Positions 47,886-57,443 are shown, counted from the first letter of the stretch. The stretch: DNA of 58,466 bases from Candidatus Micrarchaeota archaeon (GCA_043812915.1 JBDRLQ010000005.1:1-58466), one strand, 5' to 3'. Notes: generated by a model from the sequence alone, not told the origin. A program made the numbers and translations.

Positions 47886-50816
47886 GTGTATGGATTGAGG
47901 ATTGGATTGTGTGCCTCGCGCAGGCTTGCGCGCTGGACACGATTGAGCAATGGGAAGCTCCCTGACGCAACTGCCATGTTCGGCAAGGCCATCGAGCCCG
48001 AGCCCCCGAAAGCCGGGCCGCCCCCTCTTCCTACAAAGGCTGCGCCTGCCGTTCCTGCCGAACCCGAACAAAAGAAAGAAAGGCCAAAGCGGGATTCAAC
48101 AGTGCCAGTTGATGATGAGCCGAATCTTATTGTGGGGGAAATCCGGATAATTGACGGTATTGGGGGGGCTGATGAATCCCCGGCTCAAAATGCAGGGACG
48201 TCCTCCACAGTCCCAATGGCGATGGAATTGCACAGGGTGGTTGGCGCTGCTGTTGCGGGAGTGCTGGGAGATGGCATCGCCGCGCAGCCCGGTGAAGCGG
48301 AGGATGCGCAGGTTACAACCTCCAGGATAGTTCAGGTCTCCGCTCCGGAACAAGTGGCCGCCGCGCCTCCAGCTGAAGATGCCGCGCCCCGGGCAGGACT
48401 TCCATTGCGGGACCCCATGTCCGATACCGGAAGGATTACGCCGCCCCCATCAGTTGTCATTCCCGCACTGGCCTCTGCAATAGCCCGGGCAACAGGGGGG
48501 GTTGCGGAGCAGGATTTCTTCCTGGAATCCGGCATCAAGGTGAAACGCAAAACGAAAACCGAGTATGGGATTCAAATACGTACAACTGTCCTCCACTCAG
48601 ATACGGAGATGCTTCATGTGGAGGATGGAAACACCATCACTTTGGGGAGGGATGGAAAATGCGATGTCATCCTTTATACGGAAGATGCCCCTGAACTGAC
48701 CGAACTGAAGTATGAGTCCGGCAGGGTGTTCGTCAGGGAGAAAGGGCAGGAGGGGTTCACCGAGCTGCCTGTTGAGACCGGCAAGAAGTATTTCCATCAG
48801 ATGGGCGCAACGGTCATTGAACTGCTCATGTCCCCCGAATGGGCAAGCAGCTATCTTTGGGTAAAGCCGTTTGAGAGACTGGGCGAGGACACGTATTTTG
48901 AAAACCCGAGAATAATAATTGGCAAGTCCGGATTGTGCGACCTGAGGCTGAATGACAGGAGCCTTGCGGATGAGCAGGCCGAAATAGTTTTCCATGGGGA
49001 TATCGCGTACGTCAGGGCGATGGAAGCGAAAAATGAAATTATGCTCAACGGCCATAAAGTCCCGCATGAGCGCCATGTGATGCTTTTTGAAAATGATGTC
49101 CTGCAGGTGGGGACTGCCAGGCTGGACATATTGAGGCTGAACCCGCCCGCCTTGATTATCCCGACCATGAAGGGGCGCCTGGTGCACATCTCGGTGTCAG
49201 ATGAGGAAGGCAATCGTGTTACCGAGGACCCCATCGAGTTGGATTTCAATAAAAACGACCGGCTGCTCATCGGACGGAAGCCGGAAGAATGGGAACATTC
49301 CGGAGGCTCTTTCAGAAAGAAGGTGCTCAGGCTGCCGGGGCAGCACATCTCAAGGCAGCATGCCGCCATTGGATTCGGGGAGGATGGAATCCTGGCAATC
49401 ATGGATAACAGCTCTTATTTGGGGATAAGCATTAACGGCTTCGAGGACCGTGGGCGATCGGAGTTATCCAGCGACATTCATCATCTGGTAAACGGGGACA
49501 CTGTTTCCATAGGGGGATACTCATTGTTTGTTAGCTCTGTTTATAATGGCGGAGCGGTTCATGAGGTTAGCATTGACCTGTCAGCAGGGCCGCTCTTTTC
49601 AGAAATAAAATCATCCGGGCTTATCCCTGCCGGGGGGGAGCGCGGCTGCCGGGAAAGGCTTAATTATATGGAACAGGCGCTGAAAACCCTGCCCACCGAC
49701 ATATCCGGAAGCGCTGTCGATGTATGGTCCAGGTGGACCGGCCATGAGATTTCTTCACTGAAGGATGGCCTGCCTGAAGCTGAATGGGAAGCTGGCTATG
49801 AGAAAGTGATGAATGCCATGGAATACCTGGTCAGCAAGATTTGCCGCTCGTCAAATCCAAGGGCGATGATTGAGTTCTTTGACAAGAACCCGAGAATCAT
49901 CGAGTATGCGATGCTCTCGAGGAAATTCCGCGTGAGGGACAGGCTGAAAGTAGTCAAGGTGAAGGCGGACAGGAGGCTGATGGGGAAAGTCAAGAAGATA
50001 ATCAAGGGCTCAAACGACCCCGGCGAATGCCTCAGCGCGATTGCGGATGCTATCCCGGAGAATATGAGGAACGGCACGGACCTGGAGGATTTGAATAGCA
50101 GGTTCCATAGCCGCAGGCTCTCCGGGCACAGGTTCTTAGCGCAGCTAAACCGCCTGCTCAACCCGCACGGGGTCGCGTTCTGGAAGCTGGAAACCGACAA
50201 CTGGTTCGCGCCGGCCCAGGTGGTGGAGATTGTCCAGTCCGCAGAGGCGGATTCGGTTGTGGTCAAGGATGTCCGCGGCTTCGAGAGCATCTTCCGCAGC
50301 AGGCAGGGGCAGATGTGGGGCGGCTTCTGCGACACCCGCGTTGGAATGATATTCCTCGCGTTTGAAACCGACCGCAAGCTCGGCCACGCCCATGAGGTGC
50401 ACCACCTGCGCGACGGCATATCAGGATACATCGATTACATTACAGGGAAGTTCAGCAAGGATACGGCGTCTGCCGGTATGCATATCGAGGCGACCGCGTT
50501 CGCAGCAGAGTTGGCCTATTCGGATATCCCCGATGAGAATATCCTCCGGGAGCTGAGGGCAGGCTCCCATGGATTCGGAAAGCATGCGAGGGCCCGCAAG
50601 CTGCTGCTGAATCACATAATCAGCACACACTCCGGAATGCCCAAAGAAATCCTAATGCATTTCATTGACGGCCAGTACCTGGAAGCGCTTGGCCTGACGC
50701 ACACGGAGCTCTTTGTGAACAACAATGTCCCAACGCCCGCGATGATCGTGCATTCAGCAATTGAAAAAAAGTTCGGAGATGCCAGGCCCATTGATGTGGA
50801 CATATCCGATATCTGA
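47886..50816 (+). CDS. Multi-FHA protein with leader motif and putative HExxH metallopeptidase domain
   Basis: FHA-like units ITLGRDGKCDV; IIIGKSGLCDL..LFENDVLQVG; LLIGR..ISRQHAAI..LVNGDTVSIG; HEVHH at 50391-50405 with downstream Glu. True start may be TTG 47895. Confidence 0.85.
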   Translation: MYGLRIGLCASRRLARWTRLSNGKLPDATAMFGKAIEPEPPKAGPPPLPTKAAPAVPAEPEQKKERPKRDSTVPVDDEPNLIVGEIRIIDGIGGADESPAQNAGTSSTVPMAMELHRVVGAAVAGVLGDGIAAQPGEAEDAQVTTSRIVQVSAPEQVAAAPPAEDAAPRAGLPLRDPMSDTGRITPPPSVVIPALASAIARATGGVAEQDFFLESGIKVKRKTKTEYGIQIRTTVLHSDTEMLHVEDGNTITLGRDGKCDVILYTEDAPELTELKYESGRVFVREKGQEGFTELPVETGKKYFHQMGATVIELLMSPEWASSYLWVKPFERLGEDTYFENPRIIIGKSGLCDLRLNDRSLADEQAEIVFHGDIAYVRAMEAKNEIMLNGHKVPHERHVMLFENDVLQVGTARLDILRLNPPALIIPTMKGRLVHISVSDEEGNRVTEDPIELDFNKNDRLLIGRKPEEWEHSGGSFRKKVLRLPGQHISRQHAAIGFGEDGILAIMDNSSYLGISINGFEDRGRSELSSDIHHLVNGDTVSIGGYSLFVSSVYNGGAVHEVSIDLSAGPLFSEIKSSGLIPAGGERGCRERLNYMEQALKTLPTDISGSAVDVWSRWTGHEISSLKDGLPEAEWEAGYEKVMNAMEYLVSKICRSSNPRAMIEFFDKNPRIIEYAMLSRKFRVRDRLKVVKVKADRRLMGKVKKIIKGSNDPGECLSAIADAIPENMRNGTDLEDLNSRFHSRRLSGHRFLAQLNRLLNPHGVAFWKLETDNWFAPAQVVEIVQSAEADSVVVKDVRGFESIFRSRQGQMWGGFCDTRVGMIFLAFETDRKLGHAHEVHHLRDGISGYIDYITGKFSKDTASAGMHIEATAFAAELAYSDIPDENILRELRAGSHGFGKHARARKLLLNHIISTHSGMPKEILMHFIDGQYLEALGLTHTELFVNNNVPTPAMIVHSAIEKKFGDARPIDVDISDI

Positions 50817-50825
50817 AGAAAAAAA

Positions 50826-50897
50826 TGGACCGAAGGGGATTTGAACCCCTGGCCTCTCGGATGCGAACCGAGCACTCTACCACTGAGCTACCGGCCC
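50826..50897 (-). tRNA. tRNA-Ala (anticodon CGC)
   Basis: Reverse complement GGGCCGGTAGCTCAGTGGTAGAGTGCTCGGTTCGCATCCGAGAGGCCAGGGGTTCAAATCCCCTTCGGTCCA folds as a cloverleaf; anticodon arm CTCGG-TTCGCAT-CCGAG; G3:U70 Ala identity pair; no intron; CCA not encoded. Confidence 0.95.
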
Positions 50898-51041
50898 AAA
50901 AAGAGTTTAACAGCTTGATGAGAATATCTTATAATATTATAGTATCGTTATATTGTTACCAAACATAATCAAAAATGTTTAAAAGTTTATTCAAACAATA
51001 AAAGTTAGTTCACATTCAGCGATAGTAATGCGGTGCCGACC

Positions 51042-52280
51042 ATGCCTGGAAAGAAAGAACTAAAGGGCCCGAAAGGGGATGCTGGAGACCAGACCATCAG
51101 GCTCTGGGGCGGCCAGTTCAGGGACCCTGACAAGAGAAGGCAATTCGCCGCCCATTTCGGACAGGCCTTCGCTTCCCTACAAGGCGTGCAGGCAACCCTT
51201 GAGCGCAGAAACGGACAGAAATCCAAGGTAAACGGAGCGAGCGTAACCCCTTCGAATCTGGCATCGGCCATTGAGAGGAAATTGATTGAGCTGGCCGAAG
51301 CGGAGCCTGGGACCAAAGAGGGGCAGGCAATGGCAGAGCGGAAAAAAAACAACCGCCCCTCAGTTCCCCCTCCATCATATTTCGATAAGATGGCTTCCGG
51401 TGCGGCAAATCCGGACCCTGAGGTCACTGCGGTTTGCGGCGGGTGCAGCGACTCCCTGCCGCTGGAGGCTTCCTTCTGCCCGCACTGCGGCACCATGGCC
51501 GAATTTGGCAGATACCCTGATGACCACGACGGGATGCTCAGGTATCTGGAGGGTGCGGAGAACATAAAGATTACGCTCAGGGAAAAAGTCGAAACTATCG
51601 GGGCGGCAACCCGTTTCCTATCAAGGCTCATCAAGAGAAAGAAGATGATTCCTGTGGAAAGGGACTCCGATTTGCTGGCCGACGTGCTGCTCACGACAAA
51701 CATGATTGCGCGCGGCGTTGAGGAGTCAGCGGAAAAAATCAGGCCTCTCCTTGCGGTTATGGCGATAAACAGCATCGCCATCCTTATGCTTCAGCATGAC
51801 GATTTGGTTCACGACTGCCCGCTGGTTCGGTTTAAGCCGCGGACTGAAGATAATTCTGGAACAAAGGGTTTGTGGACGAGCGCCGCACTGACCGCCATCC
51901 GGAATTCAAAGGCCATAACGCCCAAGGTGGAGCGGATTTTTGAATTCCTGGCAATTAACATGGGCCTGAACCTGCTTAGGTTTGAAGTTGATGAGGACCC
52001 GTCACTCAGGAAGCTGCTGGAGCCTCTCATTAACCGGACCGAGGCTTTCGAGGCTGATGTTGCGGAAATGGGCCTTGGCTCCGGAAGCGCTGGCATCATA
52101 GTCCGGAAAGCTGCTGAAGATAGGGTGGATGCGCCGGCAAAATCGGATGGGGGGCTAAAGCCGCAGGCAGCTGAAGGCCCGGATTCCCCTTCGGGAATTC
52201 GGGAAGCGGCTCCGGATGCTGAGGAATCGATGACCACGCCCCTGGTGGAAATGCTTTTGGCGGTATTGAAAGAGCGCTGA
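51042..52280 (+). CDS. Hypothetical protein with zinc-ribbon domain
   Basis: CGGC...ASFCPHCG zinc-ribbon pattern followed by a helical region. Confidence 0.75.
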   Translation: MPGKKELKGPKGDAGDQTIRLWGGQFRDPDKRRQFAAHFGQAFASLQGVQATLERRNGQKSKVNGASVTPSNLASAIERKLIELAEAEPGTKEGQAMAERKKNNRPSVPPPSYFDKMASGAANPDPEVTAVCGGCSDSLPLEASFCPHCGTMAEFGRYPDDHDGMLRYLEGAENIKITLREKVETIGAATRFLSRLIKRKKMIPVERDSDLLADVLLTTNMIARGVEESAEKIRPLLAVMAINSIAILMLQHDDLVHDCPLVRFKPRTEDNSGTKGLWTSAALTAIRNSKAITPKVERIFEFLAINMGLNLLRFEVDEDPSLRKLLEPLINRTEAFEADVAEMGLGSGSAGIIVRKAAEDRVDAPAKSDGGLKPQAAEGPDSPSGIREAAPDAEESMTTPLVEMLLAVLKER

Positions 52281-52385
52281 GACGGCTTTATGAACACGTT
52301 TTTACATAACAATACATTTATATACTTAACTAGACACATATATATTGATTAAAACACAGTAATATTCAAGCGAGAGGTGGAATGA

Positions 52386-53471
52386 GTGACAACGTCAGCT
52401 ACTAAGGACAAACGAGAGAGCAAGCCCCCCGAGGCAAATGGAAGGACTTCTTCTGAAGCGCCAAGGCCGTTCAAGCCGTCAGCCCTGATGCTAAATGCAC
52501 TGGGCAGGTTCAAGGACATTGGAGAGCTTGGAAAGGCAATGACTACCGTCGGGGAAGAGTTGATCAAGGCCCAGGAGGATATCGGCAGCCTCCGCAATGG
52601 AAATGCAAATCTTTCAGACAGGCTTGAGTCCTCGGGAAGAAACTTAGATAAAGGCGTTGAGCGCATCGGGAAGCTGGAAGGCGATGTGGCCTCGGTCCTG
52701 GAAGCGGATGAGGGCGTGCAGAAAACCATCGGGCAGGCCCAGGAAGTGCTGGCAGAGCTTACGAATGTCGTGCTATCCATAAACAGCGCCTTTGGGGAGG
52801 CATCCGAAGTCGCAGTCAAGAGGGGAGTAGTTGCGGCGGATGAAGTTGCTGATGCAGCATCACCCTCGGGATTCCTCAAAGGGGTTGTTGTCAAGGCCCT
52901 GCTAAAGCTCCAGGCAGGTCAGAAGGTGACTGCTGAGGCGGTCAGCGGAGCAATCAAGGCCGCCGAGAGGAAGGGGCTGGTCCAGAGCGCCGATGGCATC
53001 TCCGAAGGCGGGGAACTCAGATATCTCCTTAATACTGTGGTCATCAGCAGGCTCGCTGATTTCAAGAGAGCGCTCGAGACCCAGACAACCGATAGCAACG
53101 GCCTCGAGGTTTCTGTACGGGATGTCGCAGACCCTGCGAACAAGAAGAATGTCAAGGGGCTTCTGAAAATCGTTCCAGAACTTGCAAGCCAGGCCTCATC
53201 CCTCTGGGATTCAATCATGGGAATCCGGGGGAAATTGCCAGCTGACAACAAGGAAGCTGCCTCAAAAGAGGAAGTTGATGCGCTGAGCGAAGATATCAAG
53301 CGCATCAATGAGAGGCTCGACGCGCTTCCGGACATGGAAAAGCTTTCCAGGCAGATTGGAGACACGGTCGAGGCGATGCAACTTATTGCCACCGGCCTCG
53401 GACTTGTTCCGGAAGGCAGCGGCAATGCTACTACTGAATCTAGTGACGTGGAGGGTGGAATCAATGAGTGA
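52386..53471 (+). CDS. Coiled-coil hypothetical protein
   Basis: Heptad-rich helices; GTG start after GAGGTGG RBS; overlaps the next gene. Confidence 0.75.
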   Translation: MTTSATKDKRESKPPEANGRTSSEAPRPFKPSALMLNALGRFKDIGELGKAMTTVGEELIKAQEDIGSLRNGNANLSDRLESSGRNLDKGVERIGKLEGDVASVLEADEGVQKTIGQAQEVLAELTNVVLSINSAFGEASEVAVKRGVVAADEVADAASPSGFLKGVVVKALLKLQAGQKVTAEAVSGAIKAAERKGLVQSADGISEGGELRYLLNTVVISRLADFKRALETQTTDSNGLEVSVRDVADPANKKNVKGLLKIVPELASQASSLWDSIMGIRGKLPADNKEAASKEEVDALSEDIKRINERLDALPDMEKLSRQIGDTVEAMQLIATGLGLVPEGSGNATTESSDVEGGINE

Positions 53472-54918
53472 AGTTACAACGAAAGGCAATGATAACAAGG
53501 AGAGGGCCGCTGAGGTCCAGAGGAAGAGCGCGCAGACTTCAGATAAGCTCGGCTCGCTGCTAGCAGCCCTGAAGGCTGGCAAGAGGCCGGCGGTGCCTGA
53601 GGCGCTTGGCGCAGTCGCAACTCCGATTGAGCCCTCAGCACAACCCAAGGCTGATGAGGTTACCTCAGGGCTTCCGGAAGCTCTCGCAGCGAACGGCACT
53701 TCCACTGATGCAGAAGGTGACTCTACCACTGATTTGCTTGATTCCATATTGGAGCCTGTCAAGCCGGTTGCTGAGGATGATCCGGGAAAGAGGCACCCGA
53801 GCGTGCTTCCTCTTGTTGCTCCGGAAGAGCAGGAAGATGATGATTCAGAAGAGCCTGCAGGGGTGGAAACGCCTGCTGCAGTTCCAGCGGCACCGCTGGA
53901 AGCTTCACTGCCCCCACTTCCAGAGGAAACGGAAGATAGGGAAGTTGATGCGGCAATAGATTCAATGGAAGTCGAGGAAGGGACCAAGTCCCCCGAGGCC
54001 GAAGTGCTTGAAGCCGCAGCTGCTGTTGCCGAGGAGGCGCCTGCAGCCAGAGCCCCTGCAATCGACATGGCTGAAATCGAGGCCATGATTGGCAGGGCAG
54101 TCGATGAGAGGGTCGGAAAGATTGTTGCTGAGAAAGAGCTCCTGCGGGATGAGAACGGGATGCTCTCTGCTGCAAAAGATGGCCTTGAAACCGAGAAAGC
54201 AAGGCTCGAGGCTGAGAACACAAGGCTTGCAGGGCAGAATGCGAAGCTCCAGGAAACCGCAAAGAAGGCGGAACTGCTTGGCGTTGCGGTTGCCAACGCA
54301 ATCAATCTCGCGCAGTCCGAAGGCCTTGTCGCGCAAGAGGTTGCAATCGAGGGCTCTGACGAGGCCACGAGGGTCTCAGAGCTTGACATCGGCCAGCAGC
54401 TTGAGATGCTCCTGAATGCGGTCACGCTCATGGTCAAGACCGCGGCGGGCAACGCGGCCACGGCAGTGGCAGGGGTGCTCAGGCAGGACAAGGACATCGA
54501 CACCCTGTTCGGTGCGGTCGGCGATGCTGAAACCGCGATTCAGGGGACGGCAATCGAGGCGGCCATTGACGAGGTTTTCAAGCTGAATGATGAAACGCTT
54601 ACCAGCATGCTGGCAAACGGCGGGCAGATTCTCACCGGAGGCGGCCTGCCGGAGAGCCTTGATAGGCGCATTGAAGCGCTTGAGGCAATCGTGGCAATGT
54701 CCCAGGACTTCTCAGAGGCAAAAGCCGCAGACGAAAAAAGGGCGATGACCGATAACGCACTTGCCGGACACATGCAGGACCTTGTGGATGCGGGCACGAG
54801 GCAGCTCGACCCGAAGGCCATAGCCGCAACCGAGCTTGTTGGTCATAGGGCGGCGAGGATTCTTCCGCACCTTAAGGCCGAGAAGGAAAGGCTTGAGGCC
54901 GAAGAGGCAGCAGAATAA
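53464..54918 (+). CDS. Acidic disordered plus coiled-coil hypothetical protein
   Basis: ATG 53464 after GGAGGGTGG; E/A/P-rich N-half; coiled coil EKELLRDENG..EKARLEAENTRL. Confidence 0.75.
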   Translation: MSEVTTKGNDNKERAAEVQRKSAQTSDKLGSLLAALKAGKRPAVPEALGAVATPIEPSAQPKADEVTSGLPEALAANGTSTDAEGDSTTDLLDSILEPVKPVAEDDPGKRHPSVLPLVAPEEQEDDDSEEPAGVETPAAVPAAPLEASLPPLPEETEDREVDAAIDSMEVEEGTKSPEAEVLEAAAAVAEEAPAARAPAIDMAEIEAMIGRAVDERVGKIVAEKELLRDENGMLSAAKDGLETEKARLEAENTRLAGQNAKLQETAKKAELLGVAVANAINLAQSEGLVAQEVAIEGSDEATRVSELDIGQQLEMLLNAVTLMVKTAAGNAATAVAGVLRQDKDIDTLFGAVGDAETAIQGTAIEAAIDEVFKLNDETLTSMLANGGQILTGGGLPESLDRRIEALEAIVAMSQDFSEAKAADEKRAMTDNALAGHMQDLVDAGTRQLDPKAIAATELVGHRAARILPHLKAEKERLEAEEAAE

Positions 54919-54932
54919 AACGGTGAACGATA

Positions 54933-57443
54933 ATGGCTAGGATAAAAAGAGGGGGAGGGCTTTCCCAGGAAGAAAAAGATGCCCTTGCGGGCGTTGCCAA
55001 GGGCGGCGTTGCGCCGGCAGTAGTCCAGATTAAGAAGAGGGCACCGACCCAGAGCGACAAGGAGAAAGTGCCCCCCGAGCCATCTTCAAGGCCCGCGGAG
55101 AAGCCGAAGGAAGAGCAGAAGGAGGAAGCTCCGAAAGCAAGGGAGCCGGCGCCTTCGCCGGTGCCGACGCCCGTTCCAGGGGAGCCGGATGATTTCGACA
55201 TTTCTTTTGATCTCTCAGAACCCGAAGAGGCCCCAGGGAAAGGAGGACCGCTTGCCAGGGCAGAATCGAAGCCGGCAGCAGAAGAGCCCGTGAGTAGGGA
55301 GGAGCTAAGAGCACTCTCAAAAGTTTGCGGGGAAATGCAGGAAATAAATCTTGCCCACGGGGTATTCAATCTCCTTCCTGGCAAAGCGCTTAACCTGTCC
55401 AGGGATGGCGGGGATTCAAACACCATCAGCCTGACCGGCATCAAATCAGGGATGACCGGCATTGACGGGAATCCATTGGTTTCTGTTACTATTGATCTAG
55501 GGGCAGAGAGGGCACCGATAAAGGTAAGATGCGCTGATGACGAATACACAATCACCGTTAGGTTCTTCGGCAAGGGGGAAAATATGAGGGCATATGCCTT
55601 CACCTCCGTCGTGTCGGCGCCCCCCCAGGAAGTGCCCAAAGAGCCTGAACCGGATGACCGGGTGCCATGCCCAAGCCCACGTTGCGGCAAGATGAATGCA
55701 CCGCACATCAAGTTCTGCCTTGGATGCGGGACAGAAATGAAGCCAAGAGAATCAGAGCCTTTCGTTGAGACTGCAGTGGGAACTCAGATAAAAGAACCCG
55801 CGGCGCCTGCAGCTGCAGAGGCAAGGAAGGAGCAGGAATCAGGCCATGAAGACTTCACCAAAATTAACCAGAAGATTACAATCGAGGATAGGGGATTGTT
55901 CCTGATGAGGCATGAGGATACGCCCGACAAGCTTGACCTCTACGAGGACGGACTGGGCAAAATCGGAACGCTGCACCTCGAGGGCGATATAACAGGATTC
56001 AGGTTCAGGACCAATAGCGAGTATTTTGACCTGCTGCTCAAGAGGGCAGATGGCTCCAATGATGTCGAAGTGGCTCTCACAACAAGCAACTATGGCAACA
56101 GGGCAGCCGCTTCCATAGACATCACCAATGTGCAGGTGGGCCTGGAAGTGCAGACACCTGTCGGGGATTTGGCCTTCAAGACCAAGGACATTAGCGACGG
56201 CAGGCAGACCATGCTTACCATCCTTGACAAGTCGGGCAACCAGCTGGGCGAGGATGCGCCCTTTGGCGAGGGCTTGTTTTCAAGGAAGATAGTGGCCGGC
56301 CCAAAAAGCACGTACAATGTAGCTGCAAAAAGGAGCGGCGATAGCGTGACAATCGCGGTTCTCCACGATAATGTGGAGGAGCTCTCTGGCCTTCTGAGTA
56401 TAGATGAGGATACTCTTGGCGGAAGTGCAAGGGTGAGCGGCTTTGATGAAACCGTTCTTAGCTCTATACCGACCAGGGAAAATCCAAATCCATCGCTTGC
56501 AAGGCCGCCTCCTGCTCCTGGCTCTTTTTCGGATGGTTCAAAAACCATGGCAGGAGGGCCGATTCTGCCATTCAGCACAGATTCAATGCCTGAACGAGAG
56601 CTGGGCGCAAGTACACTTAAAGGCCCTCTAGAACCAGGGGAGCCGGAAAAGGAGAGGAGCTCAGGCTCTTTCCCGCCGCCAAAGCCGCGCTCATCACCTG
56701 CGCCAAGCTTCCCTCCTATGGGCAGTGATGACAAACTGTTTGGTGGAGGGTCTTCTAAAACCAGCGGTTCCAGGACCAGCGCCCCTCCAGGAGTTAGCGC
56801 TGAAGCGCTCAGTCTTATGAATGATTCTGATGTCCAGATAGTTGTGCTTGATGCTGATATGACCAGGCTAACTGGCAGCGACCTGAGCATCAGGAGGAAT
56901 GCAGACGGCGCATACGGGATTTTCCGTAACGGGGATACGAGAGCATGCCCGGATAAGGAGGATAATTATTCATGGCTCTCATTTGAGGCTGACAGCCCGG
57001 TGAGCAGGATACGCGAAGTGGTTCTGCCTGATGAGAGGACCGTCAAGGTAATCCTTCAGAAGGGCAGGGATGGGAATGGAATGCGCGCTTTCGTTCTGGG
57101 CCTGAAGGAGGCTGAGACGCCAGACTTGGCTGAGCCTGACAGCTTTCCAGACCTTGCGATTAAGCCTGTTGTTGTAAAGCAGAGGAGCGCGGCATGGGCA
57201 AACATCAAGGAGATGGCTGCATCAGTTGGCAGCGCACTCAAGAGGAACGCGGAGCCAATCGCGCAGCTCGCAGTGGGCGGCGTCGGGGCGACGACCGCAA
57301 TCACAGTGATAGCTGCAACAGCAGTCACCACGACCGCAGGGATGGTCCTCGTAGGAGTCGGGGGTGCCATGGTGGTCGGGGCAGTTTTCTGGGGTATTAG
57401 TTCCGTTAAGAAAGAGACGCAAGAGATAAACCGAGGTGTATGA
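54933..57443 (+). CDS. Pro-rich multidomain protein with zinc ribbon and C-terminal membrane anchor
   Basis: CPSPRCG..FCLGCG zinc ribbon; beta-rich domains separated by P/S-rich linkers; hydrophobic C-terminal hairpin (IAQLAVGG...AVFWGI). Confidence 0.75.
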   Translation: MARIKRGGGLSQEEKDALAGVAKGGVAPAVVQIKKRAPTQSDKEKVPPEPSSRPAEKPKEEQKEEAPKAREPAPSPVPTPVPGEPDDFDISFDLSEPEEAPGKGGPLARAESKPAAEEPVSREELRALSKVCGEMQEINLAHGVFNLLPGKALNLSRDGGDSNTISLTGIKSGMTGIDGNPLVSVTIDLGAERAPIKVRCADDEYTITVRFFGKGENMRAYAFTSVVSAPPQEVPKEPEPDDRVPCPSPRCGKMNAPHIKFCLGCGTEMKPRESEPFVETAVGTQIKEPAAPAAAEARKEQESGHEDFTKINQKITIEDRGLFLMRHEDTPDKLDLYEDGLGKIGTLHLEGDITGFRFRTNSEYFDLLLKRADGSNDVEVALTTSNYGNRAAASIDITNVQVGLEVQTPVGDLAFKTKDISDGRQTMLTILDKSGNQLGEDAPFGEGLFSRKIVAGPKSTYNVAAKRSGDSVTIAVLHDNVEELSGLLSIDEDTLGGSARVSGFDETVLSSIPTRENPNPSLARPPPAPGSFSDGSKTMAGGPILPFSTDSMPERELGASTLKGPLEPGEPEKERSSGSFPPPKPRSSPAPSFPPMGSDDKLFGGGSSKTSGSRTSAPPGVSAEALSLMNDSDVQIVVLDADMTRLTGSDLSIRRNADGAYGIFRNGDTRACPDKEDNYSWLSFEADSPVSRIREVVLPDERTVKVILQKGRDGNGMRAFVLGLKEAETPDLAEPDSFPDLAIKPVVVKQRSAAWANIKEMAASVGSALKRNAEPIAQLAVGGVGATTAITVIAATAVTTTAGMVLVGVGGAMVVGAVFWGISSVKKETQEINRGV

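Noticed and set aside
41025..47945. Reading the SRK/SRR leader motif as a Tat signal
   Set aside because: Only one of four copies has twin Arg, there is no FLK-like continuation, and no hydrophobic h-region follows.
40989..50897. FHA cluster as an island integrated at the tRNA-Ala 3' end
   Set aside because: No integrase, no duplicated tRNA 3' end found by eye, and no obvious compositional shift.
53308..53463. N-terminal extension of ORF 53308
   Set aside because: It overlaps the upstream gene by more than 150 nt; an RBS supports ATG 53464 instead.
52386..53471. Methyl-accepting chemotaxis protein call
   Set aside because: It is coiled-coil but has no MCP hairpin signature (LALNAAIEAARAG).
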